A stretch of DNA of 63,223 nucleotides, counting the filler. It is 4 parts of 4 records of this genome, joined end to end, with 100 filler letters (N's around TTAATTAATTAA, not from the genome) between each part and the next. Parts side by side here need not be neighbours in the genome. Positions count along the whole stretch, not along the records: positions 12,623 to 32,125 come from SRR31147125_17267; 3 more parts are not named here. One strand, given 5' to 3'. Position 1 is the stretch's first letter. The number at the start of each line of letters is the position of its first letter. The notes below the pieces were generated by a model. The model worked only from the letters and a program-made list of their open reading frames with translations. It did no database searches and was not told where the DNA came from. Positions 20,902-31,861 of the stretch are shown here, one piece after another. The translations under genes were made by a program, and so were the position numbers.

Positions 20902-22178
20902 TTAGTTGAATATTGTTGGTTTTTCTGCTGAGCCATTTGAGGTTGATAGTCCTTCAACTGATGGCCATCCATTATCATCCCAAATCAATTTATCAATTAA
21001 TAAACTTCTCCGATTTGAATTACCAACTTTATCTGGCTGTGATAAATCATATCCATGATAGACTAGCCAATAATCACCAGCATCATCTATGGCAATACTA
21101 TTGTGTCCAACGCCTGTAAACTGGCTACTAGGCATCACAACTTGATAGCCAACTTGGCTTTGTGTCATTGAATTTCCTGCATGATCCACATATGGACCTA
21201 GCGGACTAGTCGATCTTCCAACGACAACATTATATGTTGAGTTCACACCACTACAACATGATCCAGATGATAAAAACATATAATAATATCCATCTTTATA
21301 AATCACATATGCGCCTTCGTATGTATTAATATTAAACGGTAGACTTGTATCTTCACCAGCAAGTAATACTTTATCACTTGCAGCTTGTGCAATGTCACCT
21401 GCTAAACTTAATCCATCGCTGGCAAGTTCAATACCATAAATACCTCTAAAACTTCCCCAGACCATATATACTTTGCCATCCTGACCAGTAAATACAGCAG
21501 GATCAATAGAATTATTGACACCTATTTCACTTGATAAAAATAACTTGCCTTGATCTGTCCATGGTCCTGCTGGATGATCTGCCGTTGCAAAACCAATACC
21601 TGGATTTTCATCACCCCATAGAGATAATGAATAATATAAAATAAATGTATCATTAATTTTTACAATATCAGGGGCCCATAGACCAGCATTTAATGTTCCC
21701 CATGCCGGTCTATTCACACCTGTAAAAACGCTGCCTGTATATGTCCAATCTATCAAATTTGTTGATTGAATAATCGGACCATATTTTACACCAAACTCAT
21801 CATCCCATACACCATCATCTTGTGTACCATAAGCATAATATATGCCATCGTGACGAATAATGGAAGGATCAGCTAAAATAGGTTCCCAAACTGGATTATC
21901 ATATACTTGGCTTCCCCATACAGCTTTTAGAATAAATGCTTCATTAATCGGCGTGTCAAAATCAAAAGTTTCTCCATTATATTGCCACTCAACAAATACA
22001 TAACCATCTCTGATTGGAATTTCTGGAATGTCTAATATTTCATTTTCTTTGATGTTTTGTGATGCTACCGGTGAACCACCATTTGCATCAAATACCACTT
22101 TGTAAATTGTCTTTTGTCCACAAGCCATTAAAAGAAAGCTTGTGATGACGATTGTGACAACTAAATAAACTTTTTCAT
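20902..22178 (-). CDS. GH43 glycosidase lipoprotein with InlB B-repeat-like domain; 1-nt frameshift just after the start
   Basis: GGAGG RBS then ATG 22178; one extra A in the A5 run (22171-22175) gives MKKVYLVVTIVITSFLLMA-C; ADP, WAPD, SIDP, YEG motifs. Confidence 0.88.
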
Positions 22179-22192
22179 GAACTACCTCCGTT

Positions 22193-24661
22193 TTATGATG
22201 ATAAATCAGTGATGTCGCTGACAATAAAATAATCAATATCAACATTATGTGCATCAACACCTTCGCCTGCTGCACCTAACATAACAACTAATTTAGCGTT
22301 TGTTGTATCTATAGCATCAGTCACTTCAATCGTATATGTAATGACTGTCCAAGTATCAGCTTCTAATTGACTTTCTGTTCTTCCATCAGTTGCAATACCT
22401 GAGTATCCATTTGCTGCATCTTCAATCCATGCTCGAATTGTTCTTGCAACAGATGATTTAACACGTACATCTATTTGATATGTATGTCCTGCTTCTAATG
22501 TAATGCCTGAATTTTGATATAATTGATGATCCCAAGGATTACCACCAGGTGCTGCATCAAATGTCACTGTAACAACTCCATCAGTAATGCTTGCATCTAT
22601 GCGATCATATACCCATGAGCCTTGTTGATCAAAATTTTCTTCTTCAGCTTTAAATCTTGGACCAACAACTACAGTTCTTGTTTGCATATATACAGTACCA
22701 TTTGCATTTTCTGCAGCATATACAACTTCATAACTACCTGTTGTATAAATATCAAATCCATCATTATCATTAATGATTAAACTACTTGATATATCTTCTC
22801 CTAAACTATCTAATACAACAACATCTGTCAATAAATCAAATGTTGAATCACTATGTAAGACTGTCACACTTTCCATACCACTCCATACGAATGCATCATC
22901 GGCTGCTTCATTCACAGTCACAGTGATTGTTTTTTCTGCTTCATTGCCCGCTAAATCAATCGCTGAATAAGTAAGTGTGTATTCACCTGGTGTATTTAAG
23001 TCAACTAAGTTTTCTTTTACTGTAACATTTACTTCTTTTGAAATATCATCAGTTGCATATACATCTGCTAACCAATTAGGTTCTGCATCACCAGCTGTCA
23101 ACTCAAGATCTAGAGCACCTTCAATAGTTGGCACTTGATTATCTTCATAAAGATAGACTTGGAATGTATCAACTGTAACTGTTATATCATTTGCTGACGA
23201 TCCGTTTTTACCAAGTAACACCGCTACTTTTGCAGTTAAATCACTGTCTGCAGTAAATATGAGTTCAAACTCTTGATATTCAGTTGTAAGCAATGGATTG
23301 ATAGGATCTACAAGATTTCTAAATCCTGCACTCGGTTGATTGACTTCAATAGTCACTGTTCTTTCAGCTGAAGCTTTAATTCTAATAAATACACGATATG
23401 TTTGTCCAGCAGTTAATTCTGAAGATTCTTGTTGCAATTGAATATGCCATCCTGCTGTACTTTCGTTTGTTACTAAGATAGAAACAGTCCCATCACCATT
23501 ATCCGTGAAACTTGCTTCACCAGTCCCATCAGTTTGATTGACATCTGCAACCCAGCCTAACATACCACCATCGAAATCACCATTAACAGTGCTATGTGGT
23601 CCTTCTTTTGCAATATAATAATCAAATATTCTATTTTCTATCGATACATGACCATTTTCGTGTACGTATACATATTGAATGATTGCATTGGCACCAGCAT
23701 CTCTTACTTCTTTTGGAATTGCACCTAATATCATGAGATCATCAGTCACATCAGTTTCGCCTAATGTAGCTGAGACATCTTCAGTCAAATCAAGTGTATA
23801 AGACCCACTAGCTGCTGATACAACTTCATCAAGACCACTAAATGTAACACTTTGATCAATATTAACTTCTTCAATATAAATATCTTCTATGCTTACCATA
23901 TGAGGTTCTTCACTATTGACTACTAAGTCACCATCTTGTTGATAACCTAAATATATCACAACTTTAACATTACTATAATTTTTATCCGCTGTATAATACA
24001 ACTCATATGTCGAACCTTCTGCTGACAACGGCATACTTAGTGTACCCGGCATTAACATACTAAATCCATCATTTGGATCTTCAAAACCAACTGATAACGC
24101 ATGGCCTTGTGGACTTGATGCATTCACAGTCACTTTGTATGTCGTATTTTCTTTAAGAATAATATTACTTTGATATAACTGTAATGCCCACCATGCAGAG
24201 CCTGAATTTGAAATCGATACATTTGCTTTACCGTCTTCAAAACTTACATCAAAATCGCCACCTGGTTCATCGATTGTCCAGCCATAAGTATTATTCATCT
24301 CAAAATCATTGTTTGCAAGATTGTGCCCAATAGTGACTGAAAATGATTTTGTTTGTTCTTCAGTGACACCCGTTGAATTTTCAACTTGATATGTTACTGT
24401 ATAAACATCTGAAAAATGAGTGCTGAATCCACCGTCATCAGTGATTTCGATTTCACTTGTTAAATCACCATCAATGGAATCAGTAACCATCACACCTTCT
24501 AGTAAATCAACAACGTCCCCACGTACAATGGACTCATCTTCTAAACCTGACCAAGTTAACTCGCCATCATCAGATGGTTCAGGTTCTACAATTTCACTTC
24601 CGCAAGCTACTAATAGTGTAGCAAGTGCTAAAAACGCGAACATCATAAATATTTTTTTCAT
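22193..24661 (-). CDS. Surface lipoprotein with about three CBM4/9-like and about three DUF5011/Ig-like modules, no evident catalytic domain
   Basis: LVA-C lipobox; CBM-like WWALQLYQ, GWHIQLQQ, PWDHQLYQ; Ig-like DLLEGV..TDSIDGDLT and PGEYTLTYSAIDLAGN. Confidence 0.8.
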   Translation of the reverse strand: MKKIFMMFAFLALATLLVACGSEIVEPEPSDDGELTWSGLEDESIVRGDVVDLLEGVMVTDSIDGDLTSEIEITDDGGFSTHFSDVYTVTYQVENSTGVTEEQTKSFSVTIGHNLANNDFEMNNTYGWTIDEPGGDFDVSFEDGKANVSISNSGSAWWALQLYQSNIILKENTTYKVTVNASSPQGHALSVGFEDPNDGFSMLMPGTLSMPLSAEGSTYELYYTADKNYSNVKVVIYLGYQQDGDLVVNSEEPHMVSIEDIYIEEVNIDQSVTFSGLDEVVSAASGSYTLDLTEDVSATLGETDVTDDLMILGAIPKEVRDAGANAIIQYVYVHENGHVSIENRIFDYYIAKEGPHSTVNGDFDGGMLGWVADVNQTDGTGEASFTDNGDGTVSILVTNESTAGWHIQLQQESSELTAGQTYRVFIRIKASAERTVTIEVNQPSAGFRNLVDPINPLLTTEYQEFELIFTADSDLTAKVAVLLGKNGSSANDITVTVDTFQVYLYEDNQVPTIEGALDLELTAGDAEPNWLADVYATDDISKEVNVTVKENLVDLNTPGEYTLTYSAIDLAGNEAEKTITVTVNEAADDAFVWSGMESVTVLHSDSTFDLLTDVVVLDSLGEDISSSLIINDNDGFDIYTTGSYEVVYAAENANGTVYMQTRTVVVGPRFKAEEENFDQQGSWVYDRIDASITDGVVTVTFDAAPGGNPWDHQLYQNSGITLEAGHTYQIDVRVKSSVARTIRAWIEDAANGYSGIATDGRTESQLEADTWTVITYTIEVTDAIDTTNAKLVVMLGAAGEGVDAHNVDIDYFIVSDITDLSS

Positions 24662-24701
24662 TTATTTTTCTCCTTATATTTTACCCATGATTTGGGTTAT
24701 T

Positions 24702-24719
24702 TACTTTAACGTTAATGTA
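24702..24719. promoter_or_regulatory. Predicted LacI-family operator upstream of the glycan operon
   Basis: TACTTTAACGTTAATGTA, near-perfect palindrome with central CG; related copy at 25773. Confidence 0.7.
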
Positions 24720-24760
24720 TAATAATTTTACTAGGACTACTTTTAGTATATTGTGTAGTC

Positions 24761-25749
24761 CTATGTAGTTTTTCTGACCATCAATTTTGGTTCAAATATT
24801 TGAACTTTTAATGGTGTATCATATTGATATATTCTTGCCAATAAAAACTGTACTGCTTTTCTTGTGATTGCTTCATTCCCATTATGGATAGTTGTAAGTT
24901 GTGTTGGAATACTGAGTCTATGTTCAATGTCATCATAGCCAACAACTGCAATATCATGAGGGACATTTAGCCCGAGGTTTTCTATGGTTGTAATTGCTTC
25001 ATATGCCATGACATCATTAAAACAAAATATTGCTGTAACTTTATTTTGAACACATGATTTTACAAGATGAGCAATATCATCTTTGCGATGCTCTAAAAAT
25101 TTAATGTTTCCATCTTTCAACGCAACGCCATGATTTAAGCAACTTTTTTTAATCCTTCAAGCCTTTTTGTTGAACATTTGATATCACTTGGTGCACCAAT
25201 ATATGCAATATTCGTGTGGCCTTTATCAATAAGATGCTCTCCCACTAAATAACCACCTTTAACATCATTTGTAAACACTGAATCAATACCTAAGTCATCA
25301 CTTTCTCTACCAACAGTAACCATAGGGATTTGAATTTTTTTTGCATAATCAGCCACTTCTTTTGTTGGTTTTAAAAATGTGATGATACCATCAATTCTTC
25401 GTGATATCAACCGATTAAGTGCTTCCAAATCAAATTGTGCACGATCATTCGATCCTGTAAAAATCATAATGTCGAAGTTCTCTTCATTAAGAACCTTGTG
25501 AATGACCTCTGTCATAATCATGAAATATGGATTGGCTATATTGTCAAAAACAACACCTATCGTCTTTGTATATCCATTCCGTAAACTTTGCGCTACAAAA
25601 TCTGGGACATATCCCATATCTTTGGCTAATTGATTAATATATGCTTTTGTCGATTCTGATATGTCATCTTTGTCTTTTAATGCACGTGAGACTGTATTAA
25701 TAGACATACCAGCTTTTTTAGCAATATCCTTTAATAGTACTTTCGCCAT
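24761..25749 (-). CDS. LacI family transcriptional regulator, 1-nt frameshift at 25144-25150
   Basis: LKDIAKKAGMSINTVSRAL HTH; C-terminal AIFCFND and VVGYDD in another frame; one more A joins them (GLKKSCLNHG). Confidence 0.9.
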
Positions 25750-25761
25750 TTTTCACCATCC

Positions 25762-25790
25762 TGTAAACGCTTTACATTAACGTTAATATT
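25762..25790. promoter_or_regulatory. Overlapping palindromes upstream of the LacI gene (cre-like site plus predicted auto-operator)
   Basis: TGTAAACGCTTTACA (25762-25776) overlaps TACATTAACGTTAATATT (25773-25790). Confidence 0.65.
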
Positions 25791-25830
25791 ATAGTATAAA
25801 GAAAACCCAATGTCAACACATAAAATTATT

Positions 25831-26412
25831 TTATGCATTGAATTGGATATTTTTATGATATCGATACATATAGATAAACATAAGTGAAAAGAAATTTAGT
25901 ACAACCGCTATACTTAACACCGATAACCCTAAGTTTTCTACAGGCGTCAGTGCATGTTCAGTGATTCCTCTAACCACTGCAATGAGTCTCATTGAGTTTG
26001 AAAAGCTTCTAAACATGATTAATACTGTTGTTAGAATAACGAAAATATACATTGAATCTTCATGTTTTGGATGATGCAAATAATAAATATAACTGATCAA
26101 CCACACACCATTAAAACCAATGGTGAAAATGATTTGTTCTGTGTTACTAAACGCAATCGGATAATTGATAAAATTGATTAATACCAACAAACCATAGGTA
26201 ATCATATAAGCTGTTAATGTCATCAAAATACGTTTATGATGATGCGTTGTGACTGGTTTTAATAAATCAAAACATAGTAAACCTAAAATAAGCATTTGAA
26301 CAAGATAGACAATTTGCCCATATCCTTGTTGAATGATCATTTGCAAAAACGCAAGTAGAAAAAAGGATATTGATAATATCTTAATATATATACCATCATG
26401 TTTTATGACCAT
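25831..26412 (-). CDS. Hypothetical membrane protein
   Basis: 193 aa, about six hydrophobic segments; follows the ABC exporter genes. Confidence 0.65.
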   Translation of the reverse strand: MVIKHDGIYIKILSISFFLLAFLQMIIQQGYGQIVYLVQMLILGLLCFDLLKPVTTHHHKRILMTLTAYMITYGLLVLINFINYPIAFSNTEQIIFTIGFNGVWLISYIYYLHHPKHEDSMYIFVILTTVLIMFRSFSNSMRLIAVVRGITEHALTPVENLGLSVLSIAVVLNFFSLMFIYMYRYHKNIQFNA

Positions 26413-26427
26413 ATGCTCACCTTTATG

Positions 26428-28005
26428 TTAGAGTTTTTGGAAAATACCTTCTGATTTTCCCTTAATGATATCATAAAATGGTAAGATGAGTAAACCATTT
26501 ATCACACTAATGAGTAAGAACAATATTGCTTCTGTCATATAAGCATCTAACCATACAAATAATAATACATTTGTCGCAATGACAGTCAATCCTGCGATCA
26601 TTGCTAAAAAAGCTCCAAGGCTTTGTTTAACTACTTCTACTTCATTCTTAAAATCCATTTTTGGAAAATAAAGATTAATCACACCATCAATAAATGATAT
26701 GAGTACCAATGCAGAAGTTGAAAACATAATTAGACTCATCACGTGCATGAATGCTAATGAGACTGAAAAATAAAATAATATAATACTTATAAAAATAACA
26801 GGTAATCCTAAAATCACATTAAACCATATTTTAGATAACATCACTTGTTCAGCTTTAATCGGTAAACTTTTAATCACCCAAAAGTTTTTACCTTCTAGCG
26901 ATAATGAAATACCTGGTGTATACAGTAGGTTTATGATAAATCCTAAAATCATCGCAATCACTAAATAAATGTCTAGATTTAATGCTTGAAATACTTGCAA
27001 GTATTCACTAAGATCTACAAAAAATGATGCGATTGCTAAACCAATTAATAACACAAGACCAAAACCTGCATTTAAAACATATATTGGAATACTAAAGAAT
27101 TTATTAAATTCTTTTTTTATTAGAATATAAGATAAACTTCTTTGTGTCATTGAAGATACTTTTTTTGTATGACTAAGGTGTTTTTGTACACCTCGTCGAT
27201 TTAAATATTCAGAAACTCTACCAGCACTTAAGACAAAACCTGTAAAAATAATGACATGAGATAAGACTAAATATAATAAACTTAAGAGATTGTGATCATA
27301 AATTGCTTCTACAAACCATGTGATTGGTAAGTATTGATCGATTAATCCACTCACACCATCAATTTGTCCTACCAGTGGATTATCAGTGCTATTCATATTA
27401 AATTGAAGTATGAGAATACCGAAAAATACAGCAAATAATAAAATGATTTGTAACATCTTCCCAAAATTGAATTTAGTCGCAATATAACCGATAAGTAGTG
27501 ATATAAATGTCATCAGTACAATCGGAATCAAAGGAAATACGATTGCAGCTGGGATAAACATAAGAAATCCTATGATATCAAAACCTAAAAAATAGAAATA
27601 TGAAAATAATAGAGGTATGGTAAAGACTAAACTAAATGCATACATCCATAAAATCATCACAAACAATTTCGCGCTAAAAACAACATGAGATTTAATTGGA
27701 AGCGGCGCAACGATATCATAATCTTTATAAAAGAATAATGTCCCACTTGCACGAAACAACGTCATCATAATAGGTATAAACAACGAATACAATCCTAGAA
27801 ATCCAATTAACACATGTAGGCTATTAATTTGTGATAAAACTTCAGCTAAGTTAAAAAACATATAGCCTAATGTACCAAAAATAGTGACTGCAGCATAAAC
27901 TAATAAAACACCAATAAGTATTTTTTTAGTTTTAGAGCCACTGACTTGTAACATCTTACCTAATGAATAATCTTTTAGATAAACACGACACAATTTTAAA
28001 AACAT
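26428..28005 (-). CDS. ABC-2 type exporter permease
   Basis: Multi-TM; KDYDIVAPLPI, SLSLEGKNFWVIKSLPI, VVKQS; TAATG-coupled to the ATPase gene. Confidence 0.88.
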   Translation of the reverse strand: MFLKLCRVYLKDYSLGKMLQVSGSKTKKILIGVLLVYAAVTIFGTLGYMFFNLAEVLSQINSLHVLIGFLGLYSLFIPIMMTLFRASGTLFFYKDYDIVAPLPIKSHVVFSAKLFVMILWMYAFSLVFTIPLLFSYFYFLGFDIIGFLMFIPAAIVFPLIPIVLMTFISLLIGYIATKFNFGKMLQIILLFAVFFGILILQFNMNSTDNPLVGQIDGVSGLIDQYLPITWFVEAIYDHNLLSLLYLVLSHVIIFTGFVLSAGRVSEYLNRRGVQKHLSHTKKVSSMTQRSLSYILIKKEFNKFFSIPIYVLNAGFGLVLLIGLAIASFFVDLSEYLQVFQALNLDIYLVIAMILGFIINLLYTPGISLSLEGKNFWVIKSLPIKAEQVMLSKIWFNVILGLPVIFISIILFYFSVSLAFMHVMSLIMFSTSALVLISFIDGVINLYFPKMDFKNEVEVVKQSLGAFLAMIAGLTVIATNVLLFVWLDAYMTEAILFLLISVINGLLILPFYDIIKGKSEGIFQKL

Positions 28006-28724
28006 TATGCTTCACGCTCGATTTCCATAAATACAGATTCTAACGATTGACTTGAAATAATATCTTCTGTTTTACCAGATGCTAATAGTTTACCTTGTTT
28101 AATAATCGCAACCTTATTACAAAGTTTTTCAACAACTTCTAAAACATGTGTTGAAAAAAAGATAGATACACCAGTTTCACAAAGAGCTTTAAATTCTTCT
28201 TTTAATAAAAAACTCGCTTTTGGATCTAATCCAACAAATGGTTCATCAAGTAATAATACGCGGGGACGGTGAATAAGGGCGCCAATAATAACAATTTTTT
28301 GTTTCATCCCATGTGAATATGCACTTATTCTTTGTCCAAGAACATCTTCTAATTGAAATAATGCAGCATATTTTTTGATTGATTCACTGCGATCATTTGT
28401 AGAGATGTCAAAAACATCTGCCATAAAATTTAAGTATTCCATACCAGTTAATGTTTCATAAACATCAGGGTTATCTGGAATATATGCAAGTTGTTTTTTA
28501 ACATCTATTGGTCGATCTTTGACAGATATGCCGTTAACAACAATTTCACCTTCATCAAAGTTAATAATACCTGCAATTGACTTTAATAAAGTTGTTTTAC
28601 CTGCACCATTGTGTCCTATAAACCCATAAATATCACCATTCTCAATGGTTAGTGATACATGATCACATGCTAATTTTTTGCCATCATATGATTTAGACAC
28701 TTGTTTAATTTCTAACATTTTCAT
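28005..28724 (-). CDS. ABC transporter ATP-binding protein
   Basis: GHNGAGKTT, YSHGMKQK, LLLDEPFVGLDP, FFSTH. Confidence 0.95.
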   Translation of the reverse strand: MKMLEIKQVSKSYDGKKLACDHVSLTIENGDIYGFIGHNGAGKTTLLKSIAGIINFDEGEIVVNGISVKDRPIDVKKQLAYIPDNPDVYETLTGMEYLNFMADVFDISTNDRSESIKKYAALFQLEDVLGQRISAYSHGMKQKIVIIGALIHRPRVLLLDEPFVGLDPKASFLLKEEFKALCETGVSIFFSTHVLEVVEKLCNKVAIIKQGKLLASGKTEDIISSQSLESVFMEIEREA

Positions 28725-28737
28725 CCCTCTTTTCTAT

Positions 28738-28762
28738 AAAAAAAACCCTAAATAGGGTTTTT
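28738..28762 (-). terminator. Terminator hairpin between thrS and the ABC exporter (possible attenuator)
   Basis: AAAAACCCT/AGGGTTTTT stem with T8 on the minus strand, about 14 nt before the ATPase start. Confidence 0.6.
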
Positions 28763-28856
28763 CTTTATCGTTTTTGATATATATCCCTATTATGTATAAA
28801 CAAATTGTTAAAACATTATACGTCTATTATATCACATTATAAAAAATTATTGTACA

Positions 28857-30776
28857 TTATTTTTTAAACTTTTCAATCATTTCCACAAATTCATCAAGCG
28901 ATACAGTCACTTGTTTCTGTGAACCGTATGCACGATATGTGACAAGTTTTTCATCTCGCTCTTTATCACCTAATACTAAAGAATACGGAATTTTTTGCGA
29001 TTGAACTTCTCTAATTTTATATCCAAGTTTTTCATCTCTAAAGTCTACTTCTACACGATGCCCTTTAAGCATAAGCATCTCATGAATCTCTTTCGCATAA
29101 GCTTCATGATATGTTGTATGTACAGGAAGTATTCTAAGTTGAACCGGTGCTAGCCAATATGGGAAAGCGCCTTTATATTCTTCAGTTAAATATGCGACAA
29201 ATCTTTCCATTGTTGATACGATACCGCGATGGATAACTACTGGTCGATGATCATTTTTACCGTCTTCACCAACATATGTTAAATCAAATCTTTCAGGTAA
29301 TAAGAAATCTAATTGAATGGTTGATAGTGTTTCTTGCATACCAAGTGCAGTTTTCACTTGAACATCTAATTTTGGACCATAAAAAGCTGCTTCTCCGATT
29401 GCTTCAAAATATGGCATACCTATTTCGTCCATTGCATCTTTTAGCATTTTCTCAGCACGATTCCACATCTCATCATTTGGATAATACTTTTCTTTATCAG
29501 CTTTATCTCTATAACTTAGTCTAAATTGATAATCTGTAATGTCAAAGTCTTTATACACTTCTAACATTAATGCAACCGTACGTTTAAACTCATCTTTAAT
29601 TTGATCAGGGCTTACAAAAATATGTGCATCATTTAAAGTCATTTGACGAACACGTTGTAATCCAGATAATGCACCACTTTTTTCATAACGATGCATCATA
29701 CCAAGTTCTGCAATACGAAGTGGTAATTCTTTATAACTATGAATATCATTTTTATAAACTAACATATGATGAGGACAGTTCATCGGTCTAACAACCAACA
29801 TCTCACCATCACCCATGTCCATTGGAGGAAACATAGAGTCTTGATAATGATCCCAATGTCCAGATGTTTCATAAAGTGTTTTACTACCTAAAATTGGTGT
29901 ATAAACATGAAGATAGCCTAAACTAATTTCTTTATCTGTTATATACCTTTCAATCACACGACGAATGGTTGCTCCTTTTGGTAACCAAAAAGGTAGACCT
30001 TGTCCTGCATCTTTGTTTAAAAAGAATAAATCTAGTTCTTTCCCTAATTTACGATGATCTCTTTCTTTTCTTTCTTCTAATAACTTTAGATAATCATCTA
30101 AATCTTTTTGTGAGAAAAAACTTGTTCCATATATTCTTTGTAGCATTTTATTATTTGAATTACCGCGCCAATAAGCACCAGCTAAACTTAATAATTTAAA
30201 AAACTTAATCGCTCTTGTGTTTTCAACATGCCCGCCACGGCATAAATCAACAAAATCGCCTTGTCTATAGACTGACAATTGATCATTTTTATAATCTTCA
30301 ATAATTTCTAATTTATAAGGATCATTTTTAAAGATTTCTTTTGCTTCTTCATATGATACATTTTCTCTCATAATGACATCACCGATACTAGCAAGTCTTT
30401 TCATTTCTTTTTCAATCTTTAATAAATCTTCGTCATTGACTTTAACATCTCCAAAATCAACATCATAATAAAAACCTTCGTCAATGTATGGCCCAACACC
30501 AAAACAAGCACCTGGATATAAATTTGTAATCGCTTGTGCCATTAAATGTGCTGTTGAATGTCTTAAGACATTCAATGTTTTATCATCTTTTTTTGTCAAT
30601 ATTGAAAGACGACCATCTTCTTCTAATGGTCTTGATAATTCGATATAGTCATCATTAAACGTTGCTGCAATAGCTTTTTTTGCTAAACTTATCGCAATCG
30701 ATTGTGCGACTTCTCTCGCAGTAATACCTTTTTCGTATTGTTTTTGACTACCATCTGGAAATGTAATATTAATCAT
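28857..30776 (-). CDS. thrS: Threonyl-tRNA synthetase
   Basis: TGS domain, [43 protein letters not shown] 30776 after AAGGAG. Confidence 0.98.
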   Translation of the reverse strand: MINITFPDGSQKQYEKGITAREVAQSIAISLAKKAIAATFNDDYIELSRPLEEDGRLSILTKKDDKTLNVLRHSTAHLMAQAITNLYPGACFGVGPYIDEGFYYDVDFGDVKVNDEDLLKIEKEMKRLASIGDVIMRENVSYEEAKEIFKNDPYKLEIIEDYKNDQLSVYRQGDFVDLCRGGHVENTRAIKFFKLLSLAGAYWRGNSNNKMLQRIYGTSFFSQKDLDDYLKLLEERKERDHRKLGKELDLFFLNKDAGQGLPFWLPKGATIRRVIERYITDKEISLGYLHVYTPILGSKTLYETSGHWDHYQDSMFPPMDMGDGEMLVVRPMNCPHHMLVYKNDIHSYKELPLRIAELGMMHRYEKSGALSGLQRVRQMTLNDAHIFVSPDQIKDEFKRTVALMLEVYKDFDITDYQFRLSYRDKADKEKYYPNDEMWNRAEKMLKDAMDEIGMPYFEAIGEAAFYGPKLDVQVKTALGMQETLSTIQLDFLLPERFDLTYVGEDGKNDHRPVVIHRGIVSTMERFVAYLTEEYKGAFPYWLAPVQLRILPVHTTYHEAYAKEIHEMLMLKGHRVEVDFRDEKLGYKIREVQSQKIPYSLVLGDKERDEKLVTYRAYGSQKQVTVSLDEFVEMIEKFKK

Positions 30777-30797
30777 TTGTCTCACTCCTTATTTTAA

Positions 30798-31005
30798 TAA
30801 AAAAACGTCCTTAGAAAATCTAAGGACGAATAAATTCGCGGTACCACCTTAGTTCTAGATAATTTATCTAGCCCTCAATGCTTTTAACGCAAGCATACGG
30901 ACAATGTTTTCATTGCCAACTCCAAGGTAGTCATAATCATCAATCGTAGCTTACACCGTCCTACGTCGCTTCATGGGATGTTATGTTGTCCTCTTCTTTG
31001 TTTTC
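30798..31005 (-). promoter_or_regulatory. T-box riboswitch (Thr) in the thrS leader
   Basis: Minus strand T-box AAGGTGGTACCGCG (30837-30850), terminator CGTCCTTAG/CTAAGGACG + T7, probable specifier ACC (30926-30928). Confidence 0.93.
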
Positions 31006-31045
31006 ATTTTATATTATATCACTTATTCATAAAAATACAATGATA

Positions 31046-31858
31046 TTAATGTTTAAATGGTTTTTCACTCAATTTGATATAGATCATTAAATCTTTTAAC
31101 CGTTGAATGAGTCTTCCTGCTTTAGATCTTCCGGATTCATCTTTAGTTAACGTCATCATATTTAATATTTGTAAAAATGTATAATTACTAGACATAAACA
31201 CAGGTAGTTTTGCAGATAATCGATATTGAAGTACGGGAATTAAAATCTCATCTCTAAACCATCCGCTGACATTTTCGCCTCCGAAATCATCCATCATTAA
31301 AACATCTGCTTGTTTTAAGCGATTAATTCTTTGTTCAAGATTACCCTCATTCATACCTTGTTTTAAACTTCTTGTTAAATCTGGCATATAGACAAATAAA
31401 ACAGTTATCCCTCTATTGGCAAGTTCTTGAGCTATCGCTGATAATAAATAGGATTTACCCGTACCATAATGCCCATAGATATACATGCCTTTTTCATATT
31501 GATCTATACGATAACGATCAAGGAAATTTTGTGCAACATCATAAGCTTTGACACGCTCTTCATTAAAACAATCAAATGCTTGAAGAGATGCATCTTGAAT
31601 ATAGACTTCACTGTCATAAAATTTTAAATGTTCACGCATACGTATCTTTCTATTTTCAATAGCTTTTTCACGTGTAGGTCGATAATATATTTCGATATAT
31701 GGATCAGTTTTTAACATGATTTCATACCCATCTTTAACCGGCATATCTTGTTTTTGAATAATATATTGATATACCTTGTTGACATCAACATCATTGATCA
31801 CAATATCTTTTGTTTCATCAAAATTTTTAATGGCTTTTCGCATGTTTTCTAATGTCAT
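31046..31858 (-). CDS. dnaI: Primosomal helicase loader DnaI
   Basis: GMYIYGHYGTGKSYL, LMMDDFGGE, WFRDEIL..LQYR; Bacilli-type dnaB-dnaI-thrS order. Confidence 0.9.
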   Translation of the reverse strand: MTLENMRKAIKNFDETKDIVINDVDVNKVYQYIIQKQDMPVKDGYEIMLKTDPYIEIYYRPTREKAIENRKIRMREHLKFYDSEVYIQDASLQAFDCFNEERVKAYDVAQNFLDRYRIDQYEKGMYIYGHYGTGKSYLLSAIAQELANRGITVLFVYMPDLTRSLKQGMNEGNLEQRINRLKQADVLMMDDFGGENVSGWFRDEILIPVLQYRLSAKLPVFMSSNYTFLQILNMMTLTKDESGRSKAGRLIQRLKDLMIYIKLSEKPFKH

Positions 31859-31861
31859 TGA

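Noticed and set aside
22179-22275. N-terminal extension of the GH43 ORF overlapping the CBM gene
   Set aside because: Artefact of the homopolymer shift; the real start is ATG 22178 with a GGAGG RBS.
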